DNA of 61,274 nt, filler included, from Streblomastix strix (lineage: Eukaryota), in NCBI GenBank assembly GCA_008636045.1. It is 4 parts of 4 records of this genome, joined end to end, with 100 filler letters (N's around TTAATTAATTAA, not from the genome) between each part and the next. Parts side by side here need not be neighbours in the genome. Positions count along the whole stretch, not along the records: positions 15,356 to 30,597 come from SNRW01001013.1; 3 more parts are not named here. The stretch is one strand, 5' to 3'. Position numbers and translations under genes: made by a program. Below are positions 15,356 to 28,959 of the stretch, piece by piece (positions within the stretch are counted from its first letter, which is position 1; every line of letters starts with the position of its first letter). The notes under the pieces were generated by a model, which was not told the origin of the DNA, ran no database searches, and worked only from the letters and a program-made list of their open reading frames with translations.

Positions 15356-16417
15356 ATGCATTTTAAATAATATATCAAAGTTTTATATTGATAATTTGCA
15401 GGCTTTCGCCAACCAAAATGGCTGGCTTTTTAGCCAAAATTTTAGCCCTAACTTATTGAGTTTTGAACATACTTTAATACCCATGTTCGAAGGAAATCTT
15501 CACCGTAAAGTTTAGGTTTGAGACTTCTCAGTGTTGAAATTGCAAATAAAATTTCATTACGCTTGGCCATCTACAATATTATTACTATTAATTTTTATAT
15601 ATAACAAAAATTATAAAAATTATAGGTTTTATGTGATTTCATAAATCATGGAAAGAAATATTGTGTCTTATTCTGATGCAGAATAAAGTATGGAATTAAT
15701 AATATAGTTATATATCTAAAATTGTTCAGAAAGAATAAAAAATAATATTTTCATTTATCCGTCCTCCAATAATTATTATATGATATTAAACAAAGTTATA
15801 TTTGAATTATTCTAGCACTATATTCTAAATGATTATGTAAAGATAATATTATAAACTAGGATTCTTGCATTGTGCCTGGTTTTATAAAATTATTCCGCTC
15901 AGTATCTACAGTTATCAATAGATTAAAATGTGGATAATTAATTGGGTATTAATAAGTACGGTATAAAATTAAGTATAATTAATATAAAAATATTGAGATA
16001 TAAGAGTGTATAAGATGTATGAAGGCGTTTGGACTTAGTTGATATTGTATAAGCCTATTAGGAAATTTCAACTATTATCACATTAACTGAATAATAGTCA
16101 ATTTAAAACAAAAATAATAATTAAACTATATAAGCTAATAAAAACAGTGGAATGCTTATTTGACCTCAAATATATTTTTTAATTCATCTTTATGATATTT
16201 TTATTGCAATTATCGGATTTGTATCTATCGTTTTTGACGTGATTTTTATTTTGAGTTTATATTTATTTCATTGAATGGCATATATGAACAGGGTATTAAA
16301 GTATGTTCAAAACTCAATAAGTTAGGGCTAAAATTTTGGCTAAAAAGCCAGCCATTTTGGTTGGCGAAAGCCTGCAAATTATCAATATAAAACTTTGATA
16401 TATTATTTAAAATGCAT
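15356..16417. repeat. ~130-bp near-perfect inverted repeat (15356-15488 vs 16286-16417) around a ~0.8-kb spacer; MITE-like element or amplification fold-back
   Basis: ATGCATTTTAAATAATATATCAAAG...TAATACCC is the reverse complement of GGGTATTA...CTTTGATATATTATTTAAAATGCAT; the left arm starts at the contig edge. Confidence 0.85.
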
Positions 16418-18199
16418 ATTTTTTTAACTGGGCGTACCCCAAGTCAAGGCATTCCTCGCAAAGTTTGAAATGTACAGAAAATTTTCACATCTCTAACCTG
16501 TGATTTAGTAGTAAAAAAAATTTATAAAAATAATAAATACTTTTATTATTATTAATATTTTAATAAAGTTATATTATTATTTTTATTTTCGATTATTTAG
16601 AGCGAATATTAGATTAATCTTCAAATTCCCAACGATCAAATGATTTATAATCATAATCATATAATTCACAATAATCGTCAATTTAATCTTCTATAAATGT
16701 AGGATAAATAATATTAAATCATCAAATTAATCAATCTTATAATATTCACTAGGAAAAAATAAGAGTTAATAAACAAGAACATATTACTAGTGTTTATGTG
16801 AATCTTCTGGTAAGCAATGCTATTTTGATATCAGAAAAGAAATAATTCATATACTTGATAAGAAAAAGAAATTAGCAGCATTTTTTGACTTAGAATCAGT
16901 AAAAATTGAAGAAAGTGATTAAGATTAATATCCTTCATTTATCTTAAGTGCAACTTTTCCATTCCTATATCAAAATAATAAAATCAATATTAATAAAATT
17001 TGGATATTTAAATTGTAAAGTATCTTGTTTTAATGAATTCTCCACTGTATTCAATAGATAGATTATATGGACTTCTATTAAATGCCATGAAAGTATAACA
17101 ATTTAACAATGATAAAACCCCTGAATAAAATTTAAGAATATAGAATAAAAAGTCAGGCACATTAATGGTTTAAAATATAGCAAAGATATTAAAAATAAAA
17201 AAATAAGAAATGAAACGTGTTTGAGTAACAATATAAAATGACTTCGTATCAAAACATAATCATCATCTTAATGCGGCAATCATCATAAATCCTAATATGT
17301 CACATTCCGTACCAATATTATTCCTAGTGAATAAATCGGTTACTACAAAGGACGATTTTGTGCTGTTTAGTTCATGAGTTATCTAAGATATAATTCAATT
17401 GGGATTGCGACCAGTAGCCATTGTCACAGATGGCTTAATACGCCAAGTAGACGCATTTTCACTCGAAAGTAAAAAAAAACTACACAAAGTACTTTGATTT
17501 AAATTATTTGAAAACTTGAAAACCTAAATGTCAACAAAATAATTAATAAATGCAACAAAAAATAATTTCATCAATAAATTTTAGTCCATTATTTACATAA
17601 ATTAAGTAAAAAGAACTATTATTTTCTTGATAAATAACAATTAAACAGTTGCAAACTTAATCCAAACAAAATATAATTTCTATTCCATTATAAAGTTAAT
17701 AATAATAAATATATAATAATATTACTAAATCTCCGTAACTAAATTTACGAGTTTTCTAAAATATATTAAACAATACATCAAATTTTTAATTATTATTATC
17801 TTCAGAAGAATTAAATTCTTAAATATTATTATTAACGTCTCTAAATTTAATTCAACAAGATATTTGGATTATATAGCTAATTATAAATTAAAATGGAATA
17901 TCTCTTTGCCAATCCTCGTTTCACATATCCAAATAAATTATTTATTAAAAATTAACTCTAAAAAATTAAAGAATTCTACCATACTCAGAAAATCCTACTT
18001 CAATTCATTCATCATTAAATAATAATCTAATGAATAATGAATAATTCGCTTCACATTTATGAACAGATTATGAATTGAAATAAATTTGTTGTTTCAAGTT
18101 GCCAAAAAATATATTCATTATTAGAAAAATAAAATGAAATTGCTAAATAAGAGTATTTAACCTTTAGAAGAAAGATAATTAATAAAATTGAATAAATCA

Positions 18200-18480
18200 T
18201 TAATGAATTAAAATTTTAAATAAAAGAACTAAACACCTCCTTCCACTCCGGATGTATGTCGCATCAATAAAATTTAACTTTTTCATAAATCTGCGATGAG
18301 ATAGAATTATTCAAGGAAAAAATTGACAACTATTGACATATGTGTCAGCAGTTGCATTCAATAGATTGTATCATGTTGATTAGAGCAAGGCCTCCAAAAT
18401 TTAGTCCAACGCGCTGGTTGGATCCGTGTAGATCTTTACAATTCATGTTAGTAATTATGAGAATATGAGGAGTGCCCCGC
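18200..18480 (+). pseudogene. hAT-superfamily transposase relic
   Basis: Fragments translate FHSGCMSHQQNLTF (CxxH motif) and RARPPKFSPTRWLD (TRW motif) in the expected order; flanks are degraded. Confidence 0.45.
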
Positions 18481-18855
18481 ATTGAAAAGTAAAATAAAAT
18501 AATGTTAAATAAATAATAATAATAAAATTATAAAAATAAATAATAATAAAAAAATATATGATGTTTATTAATTTAAAGGAAAATAAACACTTGAATAAAA
18601 TTAATGTTTGACATATATGGAATGATTAATGTATATATGATATTGGAATCGATTAATGGATTGATTAATGATGTTTATTTTTGAACATATGGCACTCTCC
18701 ATATTCTCATAACTACATGATGAGCTTGATGGAGTTGGTTGATGAATTTGAACAAATGGAATTATTGGAATAAAATTATATTCGGCAACCAAAAATTTAT
18801 TGGAGAAATCGTTAGTGAAACCATGAATAAATGAACATAAAATATATTCGTAAGT

Positions 18856-18975
18856 GATGCACAGAGTGCATCGAGTCATAAAACATCAATGGACTTATTG
18901 AAATTGGCACGAGAAAATGGAATAATTAATGAATAGCTTTTGCCTGCACCGAGTGCAACGAGTGCATCGAGTCAG
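18856..18975 (+). repeat. Left array of 9-bp TGCA(T/C/A)CGAG units plus hairpin GATGCAC-AGA-GTGCATC
   Basis: TGCACCGAG TGCAACGAG TGCATCGAG TCA at 18945-18974; 7-bp stem at 18856-18872. Confidence 0.8.
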
Positions 18976-19047
18976 AAACTTTTATAAAAAGCTGCGGCCA
19001 ATTGGCCAACTGGCTAATAATTGAGAAAAAATAAATATTTGTTTATT

Positions 19048-21432
19048 TCAAACATTATCATCTTCATTTGCTTCTTCATTTGCATCTTCATTGATGTCTT
19101 GGTCTTCTTCTCTAAGTCTATCATACAATTTTATTAAATCTTCATTCAATTTATGTATTCATGTTCGTTTTCCTGCAATTGTTTTTTATTTTCTTTGACA
19201 TTTATTTTTTAATTATAACTAGAATGATTTTTCTTTAACATCGAATGGTTTAAATTATAATGCTATAGTGTAATGTACGCCTTCTTTAAACGCTTGATAA
19301 TTTAATATGATTACATCATCAAGTTATGAACGTGGTGCTCTAATTATATCCTTTTTCGCCTCTGTGAATGGAATGATTCTTTAGTTCCAGCCTTCAATAT
19401 TTCTCGTCATAAAATAAGTAAATAAATTATTGCAAAATTCAGTAATGAAACCGTTAGATAAAGATGTGAAATATTCAACGTCGTCTCTATGAGCTGCCTT
19501 ACATCTGCATACAACGTAACGCCTATCATTAGCTTCTATCTTGATTGGGAAATCGTTATTGGTTACCATTATCAAACTCATAACATTTTCTGATGTTCTA
19601 TGCGGCTAATTTTTTTCATTTATTCTTATTTGATTATCGGCTATTATTGACTTCAACGCGTCCATGTTTGAATATCTCTCTTCTCCAAAATTTTTTAGTT
19701 CATTGGCTATTTAAGCATTATATTTTCCACGACAGAATTAAATTGAACAGTAAATTCGCTTATATCAGTAATATTTTTAATTGAATAACCAGCCAATAAT
19801 TCACATAAAACATCAGTGAATCTATTTTGGCCTGTACCTTGACTGCTTTACAATATCAATACCACTTCTGATTTAACAACATTTTATATATTACAAATGC
19901 AATCCAATTTAGGACATAATTATTTAAATTTTCATCTTCTGCTGCTATTGTTTCATATATTAAATTTAGATAATCATTAATTAGTTCTTCATTAACAGAG
20001 GATAATTATTAATATTTAGAGCCATAAAATATACTGAAAACGTATTATTCATGACTCAAAAATTTTATTGCCCTTAATGCAAATAAAGGATTCTATTTTC
20101 TAGAACATGTTTTAATGTTATTTTCTTTTATCCATCTTCCCATAATCTAACCATTTACAACTAATCATAAGCAGCTGCTCTATTCATGTATTAAATTTTA
20201 TTCTTTTTATTTACTCCATCGTATTATTTAACTATAATTACTTAACCTCCATCACATGGAGCATACCGCAATAATCTAGTTAAGTCCTGAGCTATTGGTT
20301 CATATTCATTAAATTTATAGATGCCATTTTATAACTTTTTTTACATATCAAATAATGTAAAACTGTCTTTTAAATCAATTTTTTATAATTCAATTTAATT
20401 TTTACATTTTTTTTCATTCAATAACATAGGCATTACTTATTCTTAATAATATTTTGGATTTTAATTTTTAACTAATTTTTATAAAACGAATGGATGTGAC
20501 TATTTTTATTCATATCTTTTTTTTTGTTACATCGAATAATTATTTTGCTCTATCTGTTAAATTATTATTAATTTTTATTTTTTCATATGTATCTTAAATG
20601 TATTGATTATCAAATCCTTCAACATTAATTATACTATTAATTGCTGCAAATAATGGAAGTAAAGTTATTTCATCATTTAAATTTTTACCCTATGAGTCGT
20701 TAAATATTTCAAGACCATTAATTCCTTTACATAACATAATCACGAAATCCTTTTTCATATCGATTAATCCTGTTGGTTGTAGCAGTGGTTTGTCTTACTC
20801 AATATGTTATTCTTTTTAATTGAGCATTACCTATTAATTAAAATCCAAATCTACTTCAAATATGTTCAAAATTTGTCCTAATTCGCATAAATTTATTTTA
20901 TTTAAATAATCATTTATAGCTTCATATTAATATAAAACTTTAATTTCTTCAATTCATTCGTTCTAATCTTCCATTTGTTTTGTGGCTTTAACCCTATCAC
21001 GTATTTTTGACCAACATTACATAATCCATCGTTATTTATCATCTACACATGCAAATATATCCACATTAAAATTATCACATTTATAAATTTATATATTTGA
21101 TGTTCTCTATAATTCAAATCCATTGATATCACAATATATATGAAGTCCTCCATGTGCTGTTCCGATTAATCCCACATTTTAAGGCAGTTTTTCAACGATT
21201 GATTCTCGAATTTATTTTAAATTAATTTATCTAAATTTTTATTTATATAAATATCAACAACAGCAAGATTTTAACATTTTGATATATCGATTGCTTTACT
21301 TGAACATGATTTGCCTGTCTTACCAATGATTGGAAATTTATTATAATCATAAGTATTCATATATAAATTTTAGATACGTTCTTGAATAGTTAATGATTGG
21401 CTAATTTGTGCTTGATTGTCTTTTGATTCCAT
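19048..21432 (-). pseudogene. Prim-Pol + SF3 (D5-like) primase-helicase, copy 1, frameshifted
   Basis: ATG at 21432; LAVVDI and GTAHGGLHIYCD primase motifs; Walker A-like sequence near 19830-19850; IMVTNNDFPIKIEANDRRYVV helicase motif C and Arg finger; TGA at 19048. Confidence 0.85.
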
Positions 21433-21509
21433 TTATATATTATTAAAAAGTTGAATTTAAATAAAACAAACTCGTTTATTTTTAAAATAAATTTAAAAAT
21501 TTTTAAAAT

Positions 21510-23600
21510 TGATTTTTTTTTCATTAATACTTATAGTTTTATCTGTAATTATTGTCTTAATTGCTTGAGCTGTACCTTTCTTGAATTCATTATAATTCAT
21601 CATTTCATTCAGAACTGCAAACATTACATTCTCAACTACTAAATTGAATGTTCCTGCGAATTCTTCGATGTAGATATATTTGGTTGACTATATCGTGAGA
21701 ACATTTCTGAAATAGCATCTGTGAATCAATTTTTACCAATTCTCTGTAGTCCTTGAAGAATGATAGCAGTTCTAGTTTTTTATCCTGCATTTTAAGCATT
21801 GAATGCAATCCAATTAAGAATATATTCAAAAACCTTTTTATTTCCTCCTGCTATTGTTCCATATTTCAGATCATTAATGAACATATCTATCTTTGATTCA
21901 TCAACTTATTCTAATTTTTCATACATATATCCTTGAAAGGAATTGAATACTTTCGGATTATCTGAATTGAATCTAATACCTTCAACAACATATTATCCAC
22001 TATATTTTTCGAAAATATCTTATACTATTATATGTTTTTTACCATCATCCCATAATCTAATTATATACATCTATTCATATGCGTTAGTCTTTGTTTTATA
22101 GCGTATTACGTTAGTCTTTTATCAAGCATCATATTCTTTGATTATAAACACTAATCCAGATTCACCAGCATAGTATCTAATTACCTTAATTAAATCAGTT
22201 GCAATATCTGCTTCTTCTTTATATTCCCCTCTTGTTGCTTTTTCACTTATGTTGCCAAATATGAATGGATCATTGATATCAATTCCTTAGTTTTCAATCG
22301 TTTCCAATTTTATTTCATGCTTTGATTTATTTTTATCTTATAATCTCTTTTGTGCAATGGTTTAAGAGTTGTTTCATTGTATTCTTTGTTATGAAGTTTA
22401 ATAATTTTCGTTAGTATCCAAGCATTAGCTCTACTGGAATATCTTCCTTTCTATCGCTCCAATGTTCATTTGCCTTTGGTGTGAATATATTATTTCTATA
22501 AACAGTTGTATAGGTATCTTCTTTATATTATTTATCTTTCGTTTATTCTAATCCGTTTAGTCCCATGAATAATGGAAGTAAACTAATCTCTCTTGCTAAT
22601 GTATTTGTATCATTGTGAATCGTTAATCCTTTCAAGCCTTATATACAAGCTTCAGCTATCTCAATTGACATTGCTTCAAGTGTACAATCTTATGAAACTG
22701 TGTTAGAAATATCATCATCTTTTGCAGTTAAATCAACATTCCAACTCCCAAGAATATTATGCAAGGAAGTTAGATGATGGGCATTAGACCAGTCATTAAG
22801 TTCCTTATAATGAAGTACCTCTTTTTTCCAGACTCCTTTTTTCCATGATTCTTACTTTGCTATTTGGTAGTACTACTCGATTCGCTACTAGTTCACCATC
22901 TTTATGTGTGTACATCTATGCAAGTATATCAATTTCAAGATTATCATATACTATCACTTTCTCATTTCTGTTTGTAGGTAATTTATATCCATTCCTATTG
23001 CAATAAGCATGTATTCCACCTCTTGCAGTCAGAACTAAACTAACATTCTTTGGAAGTATATTATTGATTAAATTTTATCGTATTTTCTCTTTTTCTTCTT
23101 CATTCAATTTGCCTGCATGATCAATATCAAAATCAATAATACATAAATTATCGTCTTTGCACAAGCTGAAATCAACAATATATCCTGTTAATTATTTATT
23201 TTTTAGTTTAGAATCAGCGAATTTTCGATATTTATATAAATCAGTGATTGCTTCATCAATTCTCTCTTTGATTGTTTTAGATTATATTTATTCGTTAGCT
23301 TTAGTGAAACATTCAGAAAATACTTCATAGAATACATTAAAATCACTTTTGGAATCGGATAACTCTTTAATTTATTCTTATTCATTTGTTTAATCATTAG
23401 TCTGTTCGTTTGTCTGTTCATTAATCATCTGATCAATTAATGCTTTAGCTTTCTTATTTGTTTTTGACTTACGTTTATATTGTTTTTTTGGTCCTTTCTC
23501 AAGTGTCATACATTAAATATTCTTTTCAGTTGATTCACTCAAGATTGATTCAATGAGTTTACTGTCTTCAGTGTTGTTTGCCAGTTATGCCACTTTCCAG
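21510..23600 (-). pseudogene. Prim-Pol + SF3 primase-helicase, divergent paralogue (copy 2), truncated within the helicase domain
   Basis: LCIIDFDID and LTARGGIHAYCN primase motifs; AIILQGLQRIGKN degenerate Walker A; ends near AIKTIITDKTISINEK just upstream of copy 1. Confidence 0.8.
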
Positions 23601-23649
23601 AAAGATAAAATATTGAAATAGTTTGAGAAAAATAATTTTTATTTTGATT

Positions 23650-24200
23650 CATCTGTCCATCTGTCCATCTTTCCATCAACTTTTGGTGTCTTAATTTTTT
23701 CTATCCCGTCCTGTCCTTCTGTCTCTTGGAATTTTTATTGAGATTTGTATCAATTATCCATGGCTAACGAACGCACATATAATATGAAGGGACAAATGGG
23801 AGAATTCAAATTTATGGCATTAATGGCTTATGGCAGACTTCAAATTAGTTTATCAACTTACCCCGTGCAGGTCGTGCACCCCGTGCAGATGGACAAATTA
23901 ATGTATATCTCCATGTCAGAACACTAATTCAAGAATTATCTTAAAATATCCCCCGTGCAGTTTGGCAATTCATCTAATTTATCAATGATTCTAATACATC
24001 TGGCCATCTGTCCATCCTTCCTGCAACTTTTAGAGTCTTATATTTTTCTATCTTGTCTTGTCTTATCTGTCCTGTTTTTTCATTTAAGGTAATTCATTCA
24101 ATTTCTTCATGATTCAAATTTATGTCATTATGTCTGATATGGCGGGAATCCAACCTGTCAGCTTATGACCCAATGCATTCGATGCACTCGATGCACATGG
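23650..24200. repeat. Right repeat block: 9-bp GTGCA-core arrays, 8-bp CCATCTGT repeats and a ~75-bp imperfect direct duplication (~23650 and ~23998)
   Basis: 24166-24196 reads on the minus strand TGCATCGAG TGCATCGAA TGCATTGGG TCA, mirroring the left array; CCCGTGCAG GTCGTGCAC CCCGTGCAG near 23862-23888. Confidence 0.8.
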
Positions 24201-27200
24201 ACAATTCACTTCATTTATCCACGCCATTAATCTTTTTCATTGTTCCGCTTAATTCGACATAATCATCAGTCCATCCATTCATTTTAAACATTATATTTGT
24301 GATCAACATGTCAACATTGACTAAGACATTGATTCTCAGGTAATTCTAAAAACTTCAATTTTTCCATGATTTTTCAGTCTATATAATAAAAATAAAATAT
24401 ATATATAATAAATCAAAATTCTGATTAAAACCTAATTTTTCATATAACTCTCACAGGCTATCCTAAGGTCATATCCTACTCGTGCATTCCAAAAACAATC
24501 GTTTTAATCGATTCTGGAACTGTTCATCATCGTCAATTTCATCAAATAACGTATTTCATCTATCGACCAGTTAGTCGATACCATTATTTCAATTTCATCA
24601 ATGAAAACTTAATCGGACATAGTCAAATAACCAATATATGTTAGTACGCATCGGTCAAATCATTGATTTGGGCTATAAGTAGTTAATGAAAAAGGACGAT
24701 GCCCGAAACATTGCTTAAATCCTATTCATTTGTGGGATTCAGAAATCAGATCAATTATTTTTTTATTAACGCATATCATAAATCTTATCAATTATTTTAT
24801 CATAAATGCATATCGTAAATCATATCAATTATTTTTCATTACTAATGATATTCATAAATGTTATAATTTATTTTTTTATACGTATTTCTTTATTAATTTC
24901 AATTTATTCCTTGATTTTCGGTTCTGGATAATCTATTCGTTTTTCATATGTCAGTAATTCGCAATATTGCTTGGTATTTCTGCTGTGGACAAATCACTGT
25001 GTTTATCAATGTGAGTGCATTAATCTTTTTCATTAACTACTTATATTATAAATAGAAATAGCTTTATCAACAAATGTATAAAACATTCTTGAATCTTTAC
25101 ATGGTTAGCTCTTGAAGATCCTTATGATTATTTATGTGTAGTTTTAGGTGTAATTTCAATTTATTAAAATTGAAATTTATATGATGCAAAGAAGGTTAAT
25201 GATAAGATTCCAGTTGTATGCTTATGAATTGTTGTTGACTCCTTTTAAGAAACATTCCATAATTTAAAAAGATATTAATATATTAACATAAATAATAATT
25301 ATTTATAATCTTACATTCATGTCTACTATTTTAAATTGTATCAATTGTAGTCATTTTTCCATTAAATAATTCAACGAGCTAGAAATTTACTTGCTCTATG
25401 GCTCAAAGCTTATAAAATTTGACTGTATGGAGACCTGAAAATAAATTTATCAAAATAAAATTATATATAATGTTGCAATATTTGACATACCAACACATGG
25501 ACATGAAATTATGATCAATTAATTCGTAAATTATAGATGAATAGTACTATTATACACGAATTAAAACTTAATTATAAAAATTAATTAGGAAAATATAATC
25601 AAAATTAAATAATTCACTCTAATTGTCAAGAAAAAGGACTTTTACATTTGATTATGTGTTAATTTGATTAGTGTAAGATTTAAGATTTTTTAAATAATAA
25701 TAATGTTCTCAAGCATATATTTTGCAAGTTAAATTATAAATTATTCAGAAATGATGTTATTAAATGGGTTGTTCATCAATCTTTGTTTGAAAAATTGAGT
25801 AGTCATTTTTGATGTTAATGTTAAGTAATATTTTGTATAAATAATAAGTTATATTAAAAGTATTATAATGAATTATATTTATTAAAATGTGCATCAAAAT
25901 TTATGTTATCAAGCTTGTAAGTTACATTTTAATGTTTTCAGTTTGGATATAATAATTCAGGAAATTATTAATTAAATTGGATAACTAATAAGAATATAAA
26001 ATGAATTGATATAAAAAAACAGAAAATAATAATACCTGAAAAAATTGAGATGTAAAAAAAATTTGAATTTTTTTGTTTTAATTTCCCAAGGAGTGCTTTG
26101 GCTTGGAAACTCAACTGTTAAAAGTTGTTGTATAATAAAAATAATAGTTTTATTTCTTATATCAACGGTTTATATTGATTTTGGCTCTCTGGCTATTGAA
26201 ATATCAAAATTTCCAGGCCTACAATAAGGTTAATAAACCAACAATATTAAATTAATTGATAAAATAATTAATTTTGTAATTTTTCTGTAATATATTAATT
26301 CATAATGTATAAATAAAAATAATTTCGAAATTATAGAAAAAGCATATAATAAATGGAAAAAATCCTGAATAAAATTGTGGTTAGCATTTTCATACAAATT
26401 ATATTTTCAAATTCGGTATTTAAGAAAAATTCCGTGGTTTCATCTCAAATTCTCTATGATTATTTAAGAGAATCAAACTTTACTGCTGCATTTTCGTTGT
26501 TTAAAATTATTATATTCTTCGAGAAATAGTAATTTACCTACCCAAATTATTCATATATTGAATAATTATTTTACATAAAAAAAATAACTATCATTAATTT
26601 ATTAAAAAATTTTTTTTCAATATATGGAATATAAAACAAATAAATCGAACTGTTAAGTTCAGTAACTTGATCTTAGTACAGTACTTTGACAAATTTATTG
26701 TATGGAAATAGTTTATATTTTACTATTCAAAACATATTACTGAAATAAATATTTTTTGAAAAAGATAATAAATAATTCAATATCTTCATAATTGGGGATT
26801 AACTTATGTAATACTTTTTTGTTTAAATATTATCAATCAGCACAAAGTATACATCTATAAAAAATCATATTACGTTGAGTAAAATAAGGTAGATTTATGT
26901 TTATTTAACATAGATTATGATAAAATACCGAATTTAGTTGAAGTATTTATTTTAGCTTACAACCATTCATTTAAAAAAAATTCAATCAATTAGATGAAAA
27001 AATTACAATTAAATTATTTCGTATAGTTGCTTAAAATAAGAATAAAAATAAAATTTAAAAGGATATATAAATGATAAGCGTTTAAAATAAAATAGAAGTT
27101 TGATTCTCTGTCAAGACCTAGCCTAAAAAAATGTGAATAATAATAAATGTATATATATATTATTTTGAATGATTAAAATTCGCAAAAAAATGCGTTTGAT

Positions 27201-28219
27201 TTGCAATGAAAAATAAAAAATATGAATTATTAAAATAAAAGTAATTATGAACTTTGTGTTATTTTCCCATATAATTATTTTTGAATTGAATAATATATTT
27301 TTCAATTGAATATTTTTAATTTAAATATATTATCTAAACAATAAATAAGTTTGCACAAAAACAAATGTTTGTTTATTTTAATGAAAACATGGTATAAGCT
27401 ATATCTTTCTAGCAATTGAAAAGAATTTTTTTAAATATCTAATGAAATGATTGCTAATTAATAATATCTATATATAATGCGAATGTCCTCATATCTGATT
27501 AGTAAAAATAAATTTCATTCCATTGACTTAGAAATTTTTTTTCCGCAATATAAACGCAAAAACGGAAATGATCCTTGATATATACTGAAATTACTTATTT
27601 TCATATATCTTGTCTTTGTAGCCATCTCTTCGTGCGCCACTTTCCGATCTTAAATAATTTCTTTCTCATCCAGAATACGTTTCAAAATCAAATATTCAAA
27701 TGAAAATTTAGATACTTCATAGAAACGAAGGAACGATTAGAACAAATATTAAAATTATTCTGAATTTTCTCATTGATAAATATAGGTAATAATTGAAAAT
27801 ATGCAAAATCACAGAGGCAAAGGTCAAATGGGTAGATAATGAATATTATAGGTAGAAGAAGAAGAAAAAGTTGTTTAAACATTCAATTATAAAATGCTTC
27901 TTCAAGATTTTTGTACGAAATTTTGTTACTATAGATATAGTTTGAATAGACTTAATAATATTATTAATAAATTTTTTCATATTAAATTTAATTAAAATTA
28001 AGAATATAATAAAATAGAATTTTAACGTTAAGATATTGTTGATAAATAGTATAGGAATTGTGCAAATCGGTTTTTTCATTTTTTCCTTGTCTTTTCGTTA
28101 ATAAATATCGATTTTAGCGTCTATTTCATAAAATAAGCAAAAATCCTGCTTTTTTAACTTCTAAAAGCGCATTATTTTGTAAAAATTGATTTTTAAAATA
28201 AAGTTATCAAAATGTTGAA

Positions 28220-28320
28220 GAGCAAAAATTAACATATTTTATACTTAAGTAAGCAGAAAATTAACCATGTTTGGTACTTGATAAGCAGAAAATTAGCATA
28301 CTTCATATTTGGTATGCAGT
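28220..28320 (+). repeat. Three to four imperfect ~31-bp tandem units with an AAGCAGAAAATTA core
   Basis: AGCAAAAATTAACAT / AAGCAGAAAATTAACCAT / AAGCAGAAAATTAGCAT at ~31-nt period. Confidence 0.6.
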
Positions 28321-28750
28321 TAAAAACAAAAATAATGTGGTCAGTTGATATCTTTTTTTGATTTCTACTTTAGCAAATCAACGAGAGATTTACTAAAAAT
28401 GAAGTGATTAGAATACCAGTAAAAAAATATAATAATAATTAAAAATAAAATTAATTGAAATATTTTGCAGTTTCGAATTATAAAATCGATTTTAATAAAT
28501 TTTTTGATTTTCAAGTTAAATATTTTATTATTTTCATATTGATTAGTATTATTTGGTTTTTTAATTAATTTATATATGCTTAAATTAGTTCTATTATGTC
28601 ATAAAATCTATTTTAGCTTGCTTTGAAATTTTTGGCTAAAAATAGATTTTATAATTCAATTTTAAGAGCTTGATCTCTAAAATTTGTTCTGATTTGATCT
28701 GATCATACAATTTCTGAAAATTATTTTTTTTATTTTTTATTTTTATGAAC

Positions 28751-28782
28751 TCGATCACGATCATGATCATGATCATGATCAA
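28751..28782. repeat. (GATCAT)n self-complementary microsatellite
   Basis: GATCACGATCATGATCATGATCATGATCA. Confidence 0.85.
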
Positions 28783-28811
28783 CTAATTGAAATTATTTTT
28801 TAGAAAAATAA

Positions 28812-28882
28812 TACTGAAGTTGGATTCGAACCAGAGCCAAAAAATTTTTGATTCACAACCAACACCAATGAGACATTACAGC
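28812..28882 (-). pseudogene. tRNA-like / Pol III A-box and B-box element without a valid anticodon arm
   Basis: Minus strand GCTGTAATGTCTCATTGG...GGTTCGAATCCAACTTCAGTA then a T-run; B-box is canonical, acceptor stem partial, internal T6 run present. Confidence 0.5.
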
Positions 28883-28959
28883 TAATTAATATATTAAATT
28901 TTTTATATTTAAAAATATTTATTATAAAGAATTTTAATTAAAATGCTCACTACTTTAGC

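Noticed and set aside
24300..27900. Possible decayed or intron-containing genes on the minus strand (24450-25560, 27500-27690)
   Set aside because: Only short coding-like patches with many TGAs and no recognisable motif.
18856..28320. CRISPR-like arrays in the short repeat clusters
   Set aside because: Units are 8-9 or ~31 bp and adjacent, with no unique spacers and no cas genes; the DNA is eukaryotic.
28812..28882. Functional tRNA gene
   Set aside because: No anticodon stem-loop, weak T-stem and an internal T6 run.
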